Source: Candidatus Pacebacteria bacterium GW2011_GWA1_46_10
GTDB lineage: Bacteria > Patescibacteriota > Microgenomatia > UBA1400 > PJMF01
Length of the DNA: 64,000 bases
Direction of reading: 5' to 3'
Assembly: GCA_001002135.1 (NCBI GenBank)
Contig: LCLP01000001.1
Coordinates: forward strand, 485,368-549,367
Part shown: positions 1 to 9,244 of the stretch, one piece after another
How positions within the stretch are numbered: position 1 is the first letter of the stretch
How the letters are laid out: the number at the start of each line of letters is the position of its first letter
Program-made: the position numbers and the translations under genes
Notes under the pieces: generated by a model
Databases searched by the model: none
The model's input: the letters and a program-made list of their open reading frames with translations, nothing else
Told to the model about the DNA's origin: nothing

Positions 1-144
1 CAAGCTCTTGGCTGCTTGATCATCTGGCGCGGTAAACAGCAGTGTTCGTTCATTAAGTTTTTCCACTGAATCACCCATCACGGCTGCTGCTTCATAGCGT
101 GAAAGTGACGGGGTATTGCCGGCTTGCAGGAGATACTGAGGCAT
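1..144 (-). CDS. hypothetical protein, N-terminal fragment (continues beyond window start); translationally coupled to rplU
   Basis: ATG at 144-142 lies 3 nt after the rplU stop; minus-strand translation MPQYLLQAGNTPSLSRYEAAAVMGDSVEKLNERTLLFTAPDDQAAKSL runs open to position 1; not L27-like, no family recognised. Confidence 0.35.
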   Translation of the reverse strand, partial: MPQYLLQAGNTPSLSRYEAAAVMGDSVEKLNERTLLFTAPDDQAAKSL

Positions 145-147
145 GGC

Positions 148-465
148 TTACGCCGAAATTTTCTCGACCACCACGGTAGATTGTGCTTGGCGGTGTCCTT
201 TGACTCGGCGATATCGGGACTTTGCTTTGTATTTGGCCACCCGGATTTTTTCACCACGCTGGTGTGATTGCACTACAAAAGTGACTTTTGCTTTGGCCAC
301 GGTTGGCTGACCAATCGTGACTGTGTCACCATTAACCACCAACAGCACATCAGTAACATCAAACTTCGTTTTTTCTTTGGCCGGCACCCGATCAAGAACC
401 AGGATATCACCCTGAGCCACTCGATATTGTTTGCCCTGTAATTGAACTACAGCGTATTGAGACAT
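148..465 (-). CDS. rplU: 50S ribosomal protein L21
   Basis: MSQYAVVQLQGKQYRVAQGDIL... matches the L21 N-terminal signature (xYAVIxxGGKQYRV); start taken at second in-frame ATG (465) because a consensus TATAAT sits 7 nt upstream. Confidence 0.9.
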   Translation of the reverse strand: MSQYAVVQLQGKQYRVAQGDILVLDRVPAKEKTKFDVTDVLLVVNGDTVTIGQPTVAKAKVTFVVQSHQRGEKIRVAKYKAKSRYRRVKGHRQAQSTVVVEKISA

Positions 466-472
466 GGCGTGC

Positions 473-478
473 ATTATA
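473..478 (-). promoter_or_regulatory. -10 box TATAAT 7 nt upstream of rplU ATG (leaderless-type promoter)
   Basis: minus-strand sequence tcatgaTATAATgcacgccATG. Confidence 0.5.
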
Positions 479-492
479 TCATGAGGTAAGCG

Positions 493-1563
493 TCATGAAA
501 TGCGTTTGCCGAAGTGTTCGCGAGTGTGCATCACTAGCTGCTGTGCCACCGCTAAAAGGATCATGGTTGCCAACAGTGAACTCCCACCGTAAGAGACTAG
601 TGGTAAAGTAATGCCAGTAATTGGCAGTAGACCCACATTCATCCCGATGTTCACAAAAACTTGGGAGAGAAAATAGACAGCCGCTATCAAAAGAAAGAGG
701 GTATGACTGATTTGGTCCGTCTTACCAGCCTGATTGAGTAAAAACCCTATCAGGAGTGTGTACAGCAGGATGACCGCCACCGAGCCCACCAATCCCCATT
801 CTTCAGCCAATGAAGCAAAAATAAAGTCAGTTTGACGCTCCGGTAAAAACCGCAACTGCGACTGCGTGCCATGCCCTAAGCCACGGCCAAAGAGTTGCCC
901 GGCACCGACCGCAATCAGCGCTTGGCGGGCATTGTACCCCGTGTTACTTTGGTCAGCCTTACTCCCAGCCATAAAACTGGTAATCCGCTCTTGCTGGTAC
1001 GGTTCCAGCACCACCGCCCAACCAACCGCCATCAGTGCCACTATCCCAATAAAAAACCACCGCCAATACACTCGAGGAATTTTTTGCCAAATCAAGAGGG
1101 GAGCGACAGCGAGAGTATACAAAAACACCGTTCCAAAATCCGGCTGGAATAAAATAAGTAGTGCTGGAGTACCCAATAAAACCAACAGTTCAATCAGTTC
1201 GCGCTCACGCAGCATTCTTTGCTGAGTGAATCGTGCCAAAACGGCAAAAGTGGTCATCAGCACGGCAAACTGTGAAGGTTGAAAACGCAACCCCCACCCA
1301 AGGTCAATCCAGGCTGTCGCTCCCCGAGTGGCCCGACCAAAAATCAATAAGCCAACCAATATAATCACTAGGCCTTTCCAAGCCCAATCTCCCCATTTTA
1401 ACCACGCGCGAAGTGGTATCTGTGAAACAAACCAAAAGAGCGAAAAACTGGCCAACCAAAAAAACAGCTGACGGCGCATAAGATCAGGAGAAACGCTCGA
1501 CAGAGTCGCCAAACTCAGTAAGCTTAACGCCAAAGCAATCAGGGGAATAAACCATTTTTTCAC
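493..1563 (-). CDS. SEDS-family peptidoglycan glycosyltransferase (RodA/FtsW/SpoVE family), probably RodA
   Basis: 10-TM profile, conserved SEDS C-terminal region (...PLVSYGGSSLLATMILLAVAQ...); a second SEDS paralog sits inside the division cluster (9245-10396), so this one is the likely elongation paralog. Confidence 0.8.
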   Translation of the reverse strand: MKKWFIPLIALALSLLSLATLSSVSPDLMRRQLFFWLASFSLFWFVSQIPLRAWLKWGDWAWKGLVIILVGLLIFGRATRGATAWIDLGWGLRFQPSQFAVLMTTFAVLARFTQQRMLRERELIELLVLLGTPALLILFQPDFGTVFLYTLAVAPLLIWQKIPRVYWRWFFIGIVALMAVGWAVVLEPYQQERITSFMAGSKADQSNTGYNARQALIAVGAGQLFGRGLGHGTQSQLRFLPERQTDFIFASLAEEWGLVGSVAVILLYTLLIGFLLNQAGKTDQISHTLFLLIAAVYFLSQVFVNIGMNVGLLPITGITLPLVSYGGSSLLATMILLAVAQQLVMHTREHFGKRIS

Positions 1564-1580
1564 CCTGTTATCGTATCATC

Positions 1581-4415
1581 TTACTCAAGTAAAAGCGGCC
1601 CTTCACCTTTCACCAACTGCGTGCGGGTTTTTGTCTCAATCTCCGCTTGCCACCGGTCAGGCCAGTCAGGCAACTGCATTTTCGCCCGGTCACTGGCGGC
1701 CAAACCGGCCTCACGTCGCAGGTTTTGGATGGCACGGATGAGCTCTCGAGCCTCACCCTCTTCCTTTAACTCATTAGTGAGTTTCACATCCAACAAAACA
1801 GTCAGCGGTACATCCTGGGTAACTTTTCGCCATACTACTTTTTTGACATTGAGTTCCTGTCCAATCAGCGTCTGGAATCGTTCCACAGCGCGGGGAAGTT
1901 GGTTCTCTGAGACTGCTATGGTGACCGTAGTCAATGGTTGACGAACACGCACCCCATGTTCTTTGCGAGCAGCACGCCCAAGTTCTACCACTTTTCTAAC
2001 CATCGCCATCTCAGTTTCCAGTTGAGTGTCTCGCAGCGCTTGATCAACCGACGGCCAATCAGTTAAATGAATGGAAGTTTGATCGTCAACTAAATTGTGG
2101 TGAATGAGTTCGGCAAAGAAAGGCGCGAATGGCGCGAAGAGTTGGGCCAGTGTATACAGCACATAGCCCAACACTTGGCTTGGCTCTTGGTTATTCTCAG
2201 CCTTCAGCCGCTCTCGACTCAACCTGAGATACCAGTTTGAAAGATCGCTGACAAATTCCATGAGAGTGCGACTCGCACGTACCAAATCATAGCTGTCCAT
2301 GAAGTCAGTGGTTTGTTGTATTAACGTTTCCAGTCGACTGAGTATCCATCGATCAAGGATGTGCTCTGGTTTATTAGGTTGAGTCGGCTGGGTTTGCTTG
2401 GCAAAGGTTTGATAGAAACTGACCACGTTCCACCAAATAACAAAAACTTTTCGGCGAATATCGGCCACCTCTTTTTGGTTAAAATTGATGTTTTCTGCCT
2501 TCATCACCGCTGAACTCATCAGGTACAGTCGCAAGCTGTCCGAGCCGTATTGGTCAATCAATTTCAGCGGATCGGGGAAGTTTTTCTTAGACTTGCTCAT
2601 CTTGGAACCGTCCTCAGCCAAGATAGTGCCTGTCGTCAGTGCATTATTAAATGCATGAGTCCCAAAAATTCCCACAGAGATAACATGCATCGTATAAAAC
2701 CATGCTCGAGTTTGGGCAATATATTCACTGATAAAATCCGCCGGGTAATTGCTGTCGAATTCGGCCACATTTTCAAATGGATAATGTCTTGAAGCAAACG
2801 GCATTGAGCCAGACTCAATCCAACAATCAAAGACTTCAGGGATGCGTTTTCCCTTAATTGTTTTGCCATCGTCAACCCAGAGTTCAATCTCATCAAGAAA
2901 TTCACGATGTAAATCAATCAATTTACTAACTTGTTTGGGATCGACTGCCCACTCTTTCAATTCATCCATTGAGCCAACAATCCGTCGTGCGAGTTCGCCG
3001 CTTTTATCTTTACCAACCCAGATCGGCATCGGTGTCCCCCAATAACGGGAGCGGGAAATGTTCCAATCAGGCGCATTCTCCAAACCGTAGAGGAAACGGC
3101 CATACTTGAGGTGTTCCGGCACCCAGTTGATATCTTCATTGTGGTCAATCAACTGCTCCTTGATTTGTTGGATATTAATAAACCAAGCGGGGAGGGGAGC
3201 ATGATAAAGCCGAGTGCCGCAGCGATAACAGACTGGTACACTGTGAGTTAGTGGTTCTTCTTTATAAATCAACCCACGCTGTTTAAGCTCTTCATTGATT
3301 AGGGGGTTGGCCTCCAAAATATTCATGCCCGCCCATGGCTTGACTGCCGCCTTGAGGTTGCCTTCGTCGTCAACGTGTTCGGCCAACTGCACGTCATGAG
3401 CCTTCATTACTCGGTAGTCATCCTCGCCATAGACGGCCAAAGTGACAATACCCGTGCCTTCTTGCCCCGTCACAAACTCATCAGCAATTACCACTCCCAC
3501 TTTATCTTGCGGACTACGCTCACCTTCATAAAAATCATAGTGTGGAGCAAATTGTAGTTTCTCTAAATCTCTGCCCTGATATCTTTCGACAATCTTAAAA
3601 TCACCCCGCAGCATCGTCAGCCGCTCTTGGGCTAAGATATAAAACTCATCATCCTGCTGGACTTTCACGTAATCCAGGGTTGGGCTTACCGCCAACGCTG
3701 GGGTGGCTAACTTATTCCAAGGAGTGGTTGACCACGCCAGTAAAAAAGTCTTGGGTTCACCAACTACTGGGTATTTATAGACTGTCGAAGTTTCAGCCAC
3801 GTCGGTGTAACTGTTATCCATGGCAATCTCAAAATTGGAGAGAGGAGTAGCGCAACGCGGACAATACAAAATGACTTTTTTGCCTTCATAGACCAAGCCT
3901 TTTTCCCAAAGTTGTTGAAAGCCCCACCAGACTGATTCCATGAAAGTTTGATCCATCGTCTTGTAGCTATGCTCAAAATCCACCCAGCGACCCAGTCGGC
4001 CAATCACTCGTTCCCATTCTTTATCCAAGCGCAGCACTTCCGTTCGACAAGCAGCGTTAAAGACATCAATCCCAAGCTTTTCAATTCCTTTCTTCCCACC
4101 TTTGATGTCCAGCTTTTGTTCGATGATGTTCTCAATCGGCAGACCATGACAGTCCCACCCCCACACTCGTTCCACCCGTTTCCCACGCATGGTTTGATAC
4201 CGTGGTACGACATCTTTTGTCGTTGAGGCCAACAAATGACCATAGTGAGGCATGCCAGTGGCAAACGGTGGGCCGTCATAAAAAACGTAGCTGTTGTCAG
4301 CCGGACGCGCTTTGACCGATTTTTCAAACGTCTTGTCTTGCCGCCAAAACGCCAACACTGCCTCTTCCAGTTTTGGTAAATCTGGTGGTTGATGAAAATG
4401 CGGTATCTTTGGCAT
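1581..4415 (-). CDS. ileS: isoleucyl-tRNA synthetase (type 2, eukaryote-like)
   Basis: class I HIGH motif PPFATGMPHYGHLL, KMSKS motif KMSKSKKN, about 945 aa; ATG at 4415-4413 preferred over the TTG at 4430 used by the ORF track; SD-like GAAAGG 7 nt upstream. Confidence 0.93.
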   Translation of the reverse strand: MPKIPHFHQPPDLPKLEEAVLAFWRQDKTFEKSVKARPADNSYVFYDGPPFATGMPHYGHLLASTTKDVVPRYQTMRGKRVERVWGWDCHGLPIENIIEQKLDIKGGKKGIEKLGIDVFNAACRTEVLRLDKEWERVIGRLGRWVDFEHSYKTMDQTFMESVWWGFQQLWEKGLVYEGKKVILYCPRCATPLSNFEIAMDNSYTDVAETSTVYKYPVVGEPKTFLLAWSTTPWNKLATPALAVSPTLDYVKVQQDDEFYILAQERLTMLRGDFKIVERYQGRDLEKLQFAPHYDFYEGERSPQDKVGVVIADEFVTGQEGTGIVTLAVYGEDDYRVMKAHDVQLAEHVDDEGNLKAAVKPWAGMNILEANPLINEELKQRGLIYKEEPLTHSVPVCYRCGTRLYHAPLPAWFINIQQIKEQLIDHNEDINWVPEHLKYGRFLYGLENAPDWNISRSRYWGTPMPIWVGKDKSGELARRIVGSMDELKEWAVDPKQVSKLIDLHREFLDEIELWVDDGKTIKGKRIPEVFDCWIESGSMPFASRHYPFENVAEFDSNYPADFISEYIAQTRAWFYTMHVISVGIFGTHAFNNALTTGTILAEDGSKMSKSKKNFPDPLKLIDQYGSDSLRLYLMSSAVMKAENINFNQKEVADIRRKVFVIWWNVVSFYQTFAKQTQPTQPNKPEHILDRWILSRLETLIQQTTDFMDSYDLVRASRTLMEFVSDLSNWYLRLSRERLKAENNQEPSQVLGYVLYTLAQLFAPFAPFFAELIHHNLVDDQTSIHLTDWPSVDQALRDTQLETEMAMVRKVVELGRAARKEHGVRVRQPLTTVTIAVSENQLPRAVERFQTLIGQELNVKKVVWRKVTQDVPLTVLLDVKLTNELKEEGEARELIRAIQNLRREAGLAASDRAKMQLPDWPDRWQAEIETKTRTQLVKGEGPLLLE

Positions 4416-4609
4416 CAAAAAACCTTTCAAGCTATCTCACGCTATGCAAGATAACTTGAAAGGCTTCTCTGATTGAGAAAGGTACCAGCCTTTCCGTACT
4501 CGTTGGCTGCTATTACGGGCAAACCCGGTTGACTCTACTCTCCCTTTAAGGATTTCCTCCAACACCTTGCTTGGTGATTACCAAGCTCAAACGGCTTTAC
4601 TCAATGAGA
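4416..4609 (-). promoter_or_regulatory. T-box riboswitch leader, Ile-specific, with ultrashort Stem I (Actinobacteria-ileS-like architecture)
   Basis: read as RNA on the minus strand: specifier hairpin GCUUGG-UAAUCA-CCAAGC (plus 4569-4586) with AUC (Ile codon) followed by A in the terminal loop; antiterminator with helix A1 GAAAGG/CCUUUC, bulge containing UGGU (complementary to tRNA 3'-ACCA; T-box core ...GGCUGGUACC...) and helix A2 UUCUC/GAGAA; mutually exclusive hairpin CCUUUCAAGUUAUCU...AGAUAGCUUGAAAGG (plus 4423-4463) followed by UUUUUUG and then the AUG; this hairpin sequesters the SD GAAAGG. Confidence 0.7.
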
Positions 4610-4615
4610 ATTATA
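4610..4615 (-). promoter_or_regulatory. -10 box TATAAT driving the ileS T-box leader
   Basis: minus-strand TAGGGTATAATTCTCATTGAG immediately after the ftsZ stop codon. Confidence 0.45.
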
Positions 4616-4617
4616 CC

Positions 4618-5952
4618 CTATTTGCGTTGTCGTAAAAAAGCGGGGATTTCAAACTCGTCATCAAAGTCATCGCTCGGGAGTTCAGGAGGAGTTTCATCGT
4701 CTTGATCTTTATCGCTCTTTTTAGCTTTTTTAGTTTGTTTCGTATCATCCTGGGTGGAGTCATCAAACGCTGCTGACTGGATAAAAGGACTTGTCGCATC
4801 ATCAACCTGTTGTGTTTGGCCGCCAGTCACTTGCGACTTAGTCATGGGCTGTACCCACCCTTCGGGTGCACGATCGATTCGATCCTCTTTCTCTTCAGCT
4901 TCTATTTCATCGGTTTTACCAGTCCGATCACTGCCAACATGTTTCATGGCACTCCGACCATAGGCGCCAAACATACTGCGCTGGTTGTAGGCCATCTTGT
5001 CAGCAAAACCAGTGGCAATGACACTCACCTTTACTTTATTATTCATGCTCTCGTCAATTGTGGCACCAAAAATGATGTTGGCATCAGGATCGGCCGCATC
5101 GGCAATAATGGCGGAAGCATCCGCCACTTCTGCCATCGTCATGTCTTGACCACCAGTAATAGTGTAGAGAATCCCCTTAGCCCCACTGACCGAAATTTCC
5201 AAGAGTGGGGAAGAAGTGGCCATTCGAGCCGCTGAAACTGCCCGATTTTCACCGAAAGCTTCACCAATTCCCATCAGGGCACTGCCGGAATCTGTCATCA
5301 CTGCTCTGACATCAGCAAAATCAACATTGATTAACCCTGGCACGGTGATCAGATCAGAAATCCCTTTCACGCCCTGACCAAGTACATTATCGGCCAACCG
5401 GAAAGCATCCAAAAAAGTCATCTTCTTATCCACCACCTCCATCAACCGCTGGTTGGGAATCACAATGAGCGTGTCAACCGAGTCTGCTAAGATCTCAATC
5501 CCTTCCTCAGCCGTCTGCATTCGGCGAATGCCCTCGAAAGCAAACGGTTTGGTAACGACCGCCACAGTCAGTGCACCCGCTTCCTTAGCAATCTCAGCGA
5601 TGATGGGGGAAGCACCCGTGCCAGTACCGCCACCCATGCCGGCCGTGATAAACACCATGTCGGTATCAAACAACAAGTCTTTCAGTTTTTCTCGGCTTTC
5701 ATCAGCCGCCGTACGACCAATTTCTGGATCCGCCCCAGCCCCCAAGCCACGAGTAAAATTACTGCCGATCTGCAGTTTGGTGTCCGCTTTGGAGGTCAAA
5801 AGCACCTGAGCATCAGTGTTAATGGTAATAAACTCCACCCCTTGAATCTGCTTGGACTCCACCATGGAGTTGATGGCGTTACCACCCCCGCCACCGATCC
5901 CAATCACTTTAATCTTGGCAAAAGTAGTATTTGCAGGTTTAACCAATCCCAT
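4618..5952 (-). CDS. ftsZ: cell division GTPase FtsZ
   Basis: tubulin signature [13 protein letters not shown]; T7 loop region; C-terminal FtsA/ZipA-binding peptide [13 protein letters not shown] after a long acidic linker. Confidence 0.95.
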   Translation of the reverse strand: MGLVKPANTTFAKIKVIGIGGGGGNAINSMVESKQIQGVEFITINTDAQVLLTSKADTKLQIGSNFTRGLGAGADPEIGRTAADESREKLKDLLFDTDMVFITAGMGGGTGTGASPIIAEIAKEAGALTVAVVTKPFAFEGIRRMQTAEEGIEILADSVDTLIVIPNQRLMEVVDKKMTFLDAFRLADNVLGQGVKGISDLITVPGLINVDFADVRAVMTDSGSALMGIGEAFGENRAVSAARMATSSPLLEISVSGAKGILYTITGGQDMTMAEVADASAIIADAADPDANIIFGATIDESMNNKVKVSVIATGFADKMAYNQRSMFGAYGRSAMKHVGSDRTGKTDEIEAEEKEDRIDRAPEGWVQPMTKSQVTGGQTQQVDDATSPFIQSAAFDDSTQDDTKQTKKAKKSDKDQDDETPPELPSDDFDDEFEIPAFLRQRK

Positions 5953-6038
5953 ATGTTTATATTCTAAGTATTTGTTTGTCAGTCAAAGTATAACATCCCA
6001 CCATAATTGATTTTTATTTTAAAGGCAACAACCACTTT

Positions 6039-7343
6039 TCAAGGCAAGATTGACTTAATAATACCCCGGATTTTTTCTCCCACTCCTTTTAAATTCACGC
6101 TTTCCAAAATCGAGCCAAAACTGGCCGTTGGCACTGGCGCCGCGCCGCGAGTCCTGCCATATTCTAAAAGACCAATATTGACAGCGTACGCCGGGCCATG
6201 GATATCACTAACCAAACCCTTGAGTGGTGAGGGAGTGCCAGTCCGAACTGGTAAATTAAAAACCCGCTTAGCCACTTCCACAATCCCAATAGTTTGCGCT
6301 CCGCCGCCACACAAGATTAAACCGGCCGGCACTTTTCCCAGCACGTCATGTTTTTCTAGATCAGCGGCAATCAGTTCAAAAATCTCCTTCATACGCGGCA
6401 CCATAATCCCTTCGATGACAGTCCTTCTGGAAAGAGTGTCGACACTTTCGTGAATGCCGTGGGTGGCCAAGTCGATTTTATCGGCACGCTTGCGGCGTTT
6501 CATCAATTCTTCCTTTGTCTCGCCGGGTTGAGGTTTTAAAGTTGCTTCATCGGTTTTGGAAAGCAACAGTTTAACTTTTTCAGCATTATCCAAACTAATC
6601 CGACAGCCCAAGGCGATGTCTTGCGTAATATGCCTGGCGCCCACCGGCACCGAGCCAGAGTATTCCAACGAACCATCAATAAAAGCCGAGAGTGAAGTGG
6701 TGCCAGCTCCCATATCGACCACTACTGCTCCCAGTTCTTTTTCTGTTTCCGATAACACCACCTCTGAGGCGGCTAAACCAGCAAACACAAAGCCGTCAAC
6801 TTCCAAACCAAGGTCATTGACTACTTTTTCCAGATTTTTAAGCGAGGTAGTCATCCCAGTAATAATATGTGCTTCTGATTCCAGCCTGACACCAGTCATC
6901 CCCACTGGATCTTTAATGCCTTCTTGCGAGTCAACCTTAAAATCACGCGGAATGACGTGTATGATGCGCTGATCGGCGGGCAGTGAAATGGCGCGAGCCG
7001 CTTCAATCACCCGTTCGACATCACTGGCGGTAATTTCTTGATCTGGGGCGGCCACCGCTACTACTCCCTTGGAGTTTTTAGAAGTAATATGCGTGCCGGA
7101 AACAGCCAAATACACGCTGCGCACATCAAAACCAGCCATGCGCTCAGCGGCATCCAAACTTTGACTCATCGTGGCCAAAACTTGATCAAGGTCAACAATC
7201 ACACTGCGTTTCATACCTTTAGCAGGCACTACCGAAACTCCCACTACCTTCAGCTCACCAGTTTCTTCATCCACGACCGCAATAATCGTGACACACTTTT
7301 CTGTCCCAAGATCAATAGCAGTAATTACCCTCTTTTTTGGCAT
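6039..7343 (-). CDS. ftsA: cell division protein FtsA (actin-like ATPase)
   Basis: N-terminal VITAIDLGTEKCVTIIAVV phosphate-1 motif; 434 aa; located between ftsQ and ftsZ. Confidence 0.93.
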   Translation of the reverse strand: MPKKRVITAIDLGTEKCVTIIAVVDEETGELKVVGVSVVPAKGMKRSVIVDLDQVLATMSQSLDAAERMAGFDVRSVYLAVSGTHITSKNSKGVVAVAAPDQEITASDVERVIEAARAISLPADQRIIHVIPRDFKVDSQEGIKDPVGMTGVRLESEAHIITGMTTSLKNLEKVVNDLGLEVDGFVFAGLAASEVVLSETEKELGAVVVDMGAGTTSLSAFIDGSLEYSGSVPVGARHITQDIALGCRISLDNAEKVKLLLSKTDEATLKPQPGETKEELMKRRKRADKIDLATHGIHESVDTLSRRTVIEGIMVPRMKEIFELIAADLEKHDVLGKVPAGLILCGGGAQTIGIVEVAKRVFNLPVRTGTPSPLKGLVSDIHGPAYAVNIGLLEYGRTRGAAPVPTASFGSILESVNLKGVGEKIRGIIKSILP

Positions 7344-7384
7344 AGATCACTTACACGTGGCTTATCAGTTCACTATAACAAACT

Positions 7385-8122
7385 TTACTCCTGGCTGTCG
7401 ATGAGAACTTGCCCAGAATCAGTACTCACCGTCGTCCGCAGCACCGGCAATTCAAAACGCAGGTCAAGCTCACGAATCGCCACATCGATCTCTCGCGGCC
7501 GCAACTGTTTGATAATAATGACCAGTCGCGCCGCCGCCAGTTTCGGGTCTTGCTGTAATTCTCCCACCACCAGCGGAAAACCCGGAATACGAACCTCTAT
7601 TCGCTCAACTGAAACAAGTGTGATTTGTGTCACCAGCGACCGATTTTCTCCCAAGGCATTGAGAAACTCGGTCAAAAACTGGTGCGTTGCCGGCTGTTCG
7701 TAGAGTTGGGCTTGATCAACTATCAATGGCACTCTTACTTGCTCATTATTTTCCCGGAAAACTCCTGATGCTGAGACGAGCCCAAGTTTTTCCCCCTGTT
7801 GAATTCTAAAAAGTGGTGGTTGATCAGAGAGGTAAAAAGTGACTCTGCCAGCCAGTGATTTTTCTAAGCGAATTAAGGTAAAAGTTTCTTTTGTCTCTGG
7901 TTCGTAAAGCAATGAGGCTATCATTTCATCTTGGTAAAAATCTCGAAAAAGGAGTCTCGTCCCAATGACTGCCTGCAACCTGGCACACACCCGAAAATCA
8001 TCATTCACTGTTTGATCATTAACCACACACTCCACCCGCCTAATGGTTGCTCCTTGGATGATGAGTGCCAAAAAAGCCACCACTATTCCCAATAAACTTG
8101 CCCAAAAAAGCAGTTTTTTCAC
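7385..8122 (-). CDS. ftsQ: cell division protein FtsQ/DivIB (POTRA-domain)
   Basis: single N-terminal TM helix then periplasmic domain; position between murG and ftsA; overlaps murG stop by 4 nt. Confidence 0.65.
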   Translation of the reverse strand: MKKLLFWASLLGIVVAFLALIIQGATIRRVECVVNDQTVNDDFRVCARLQAVIGTRLLFRDFYQDEMIASLLYEPETKETFTLIRLEKSLAGRVTFYLSDQPPLFRIQQGEKLGLVSASGVFRENNEQVRVPLIVDQAQLYEQPATHQFLTEFLNALGENRSLVTQITLVSVERIEVRIPGFPLVVGELQQDPKLAAARLVIIIKQLRPREIDVAIRELDLRFELPVLRTTVSTDSGQVLIDSQE

Positions 8123-9243
8123 GGTTTGAGGAGCGCGTCCACCACCACTTGATACAATCGCTCACCGGCGTTTTCCGGCAAACGGACATGCGCTAAACTT
8201 TCACGCATTGACTGTTCAAAAGTCTGCATTTTTTTGAGGGCCGCCAAAAGAGTAGTGGTATTCAGTGCTGTTTGTTCCAGTATCATCGCTCCACCTACTT
8301 TGACAAGCCATCGAGCATTTTTACGCTGCTCATCAAGCCGAGCGGTGGGTAGTGGAATCAAAATCGAGGGCAACCCCGCCGCCGCTAGCTCTTGAGTGGC
8401 GTTCGCGCCAGCACGTGAAATGGCACAAAAAGCATGACGATACAACCAAAATAAATCATGGTCATCAATCCACTCACGAATGTAGTATCGTTCTTGCAGT
8501 TTGACCGGCAATCGTTGTTGGCGTCGTGCCAAGATTTCTCGAGCATTATATCCAGCAGTCGGCCTACCACACTGATGCACTACCACCCAGTCACTCAACA
8601 ATTCTGACAGTGATGTTTCAATCACGTTATTGAGCGTCCGTGAACCCTGATTACCCCCCAACACGATGATAATTGGTTGGTTTATTCTTGGTTTGAGCCA
8701 AGTCGGTTGGGGATGACGTTGTCGAAAAACCCCGGCGCGCAACGGATTGCCGGTCACCACCGTTTTAGCTGCCAAAAACCTTGATGTGCTTTCCGGAAAA
8801 GTAACGGCAACTGAGTAAGCCACCAAACCAATAAATTTATTAGCAAAACCACTGACAATTGTCTGTTCATGTGTCACGACCGGAATACGAGCAAATTTAG
8901 CCGCCAGGGCAAAGGGGACGGCGACATAGCCCCCAAAACTCAAGACTACTGTTGGTCGCTCACGACGTAAAATCTCTCCTGCCTGGCGAAAACTTCTGAT
9001 GAAATGAGTCAAACGTGGGATAAAACGCCGAAAAAACCCAAGGTTGATCCGGACAGCCTGAAAGGGGACAAACCGAATACCCCGTTTTTCCACCTCATAC
9101 TGCTCAATTGCTTTTTGACCCGTAGTGTCTTGACTAAACTCTCTGCCAACAAAGACTAATTTATCTTTGGGATGATGAGCTTGAACAAAATCAATAAAAG
9201 AAAGCGCTGGAGTAAGATGTCCCCCTGTAATCAAGATCTTCAT
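8119..9243 (-). CDS. murG: UDP-N-acetylglucosamine--N-acetylmuramyl-(pentapeptide) pyrophosphoryl-undecaprenol N-acetylglucosamine transferase MurG
   Basis: MKILITGGHLTPALS (G-loop GGxGGH-like), GT28 C-terminal region; start placed at ATG 9243 (MKIL...), the track's 17-aa upstream extension overlaps ftsW. Confidence 0.88.
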   Translation of the reverse strand: MKILITGGHLTPALSFIDFVQAHHPKDKLVFVGREFSQDTTGQKAIEQYEVEKRGIRFVPFQAVRINLGFFRRFIPRLTHFIRSFRQAGEILRRERPTVVLSFGGYVAVPFALAAKFARIPVVTHEQTIVSGFANKFIGLVAYSVAVTFPESTSRFLAAKTVVTGNPLRAGVFRQRHPQPTWLKPRINQPIIIVLGGNQGSRTLNNVIETSLSELLSDWVVVHQCGRPTAGYNAREILARRQQRLPVKLQERYYIREWIDDHDLFWLYRHAFCAISRAGANATQELAAAGLPSILIPLPTARLDEQRKNARWLVKVGGAMILEQTALNTTTLLAALKKMQTFEQSMRESLAHVRLPENAGERLYQVVVDALLKP

Positions 9244-9244
9244 A

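Noticed and set aside
866-1225. ORF-track entries 866..1225(+) and 895..1152(+) inside the rodA-like gene, and many similar 60-140 aa ORFs antisense to ileS, ftsZ, ftsA, dnaE, secA, atpD etc.
   Set aside because: They lie wholly within strongly supported genes on the opposite strand or frame and have low-complexity, Pro/Arg/Ser-rich translations typical of shadow ORFs. No start context or motif supports them.
5953-6038. Leaderless-type promoter for ftsZ (minus strand TTGACT-17-AATATA, 5 nt before the ATG)
   Set aside because: The -10 is a weak match and the spacing to the ATG is shorter than in the other cases. Plausible, but not supportable enough to list as a feature.
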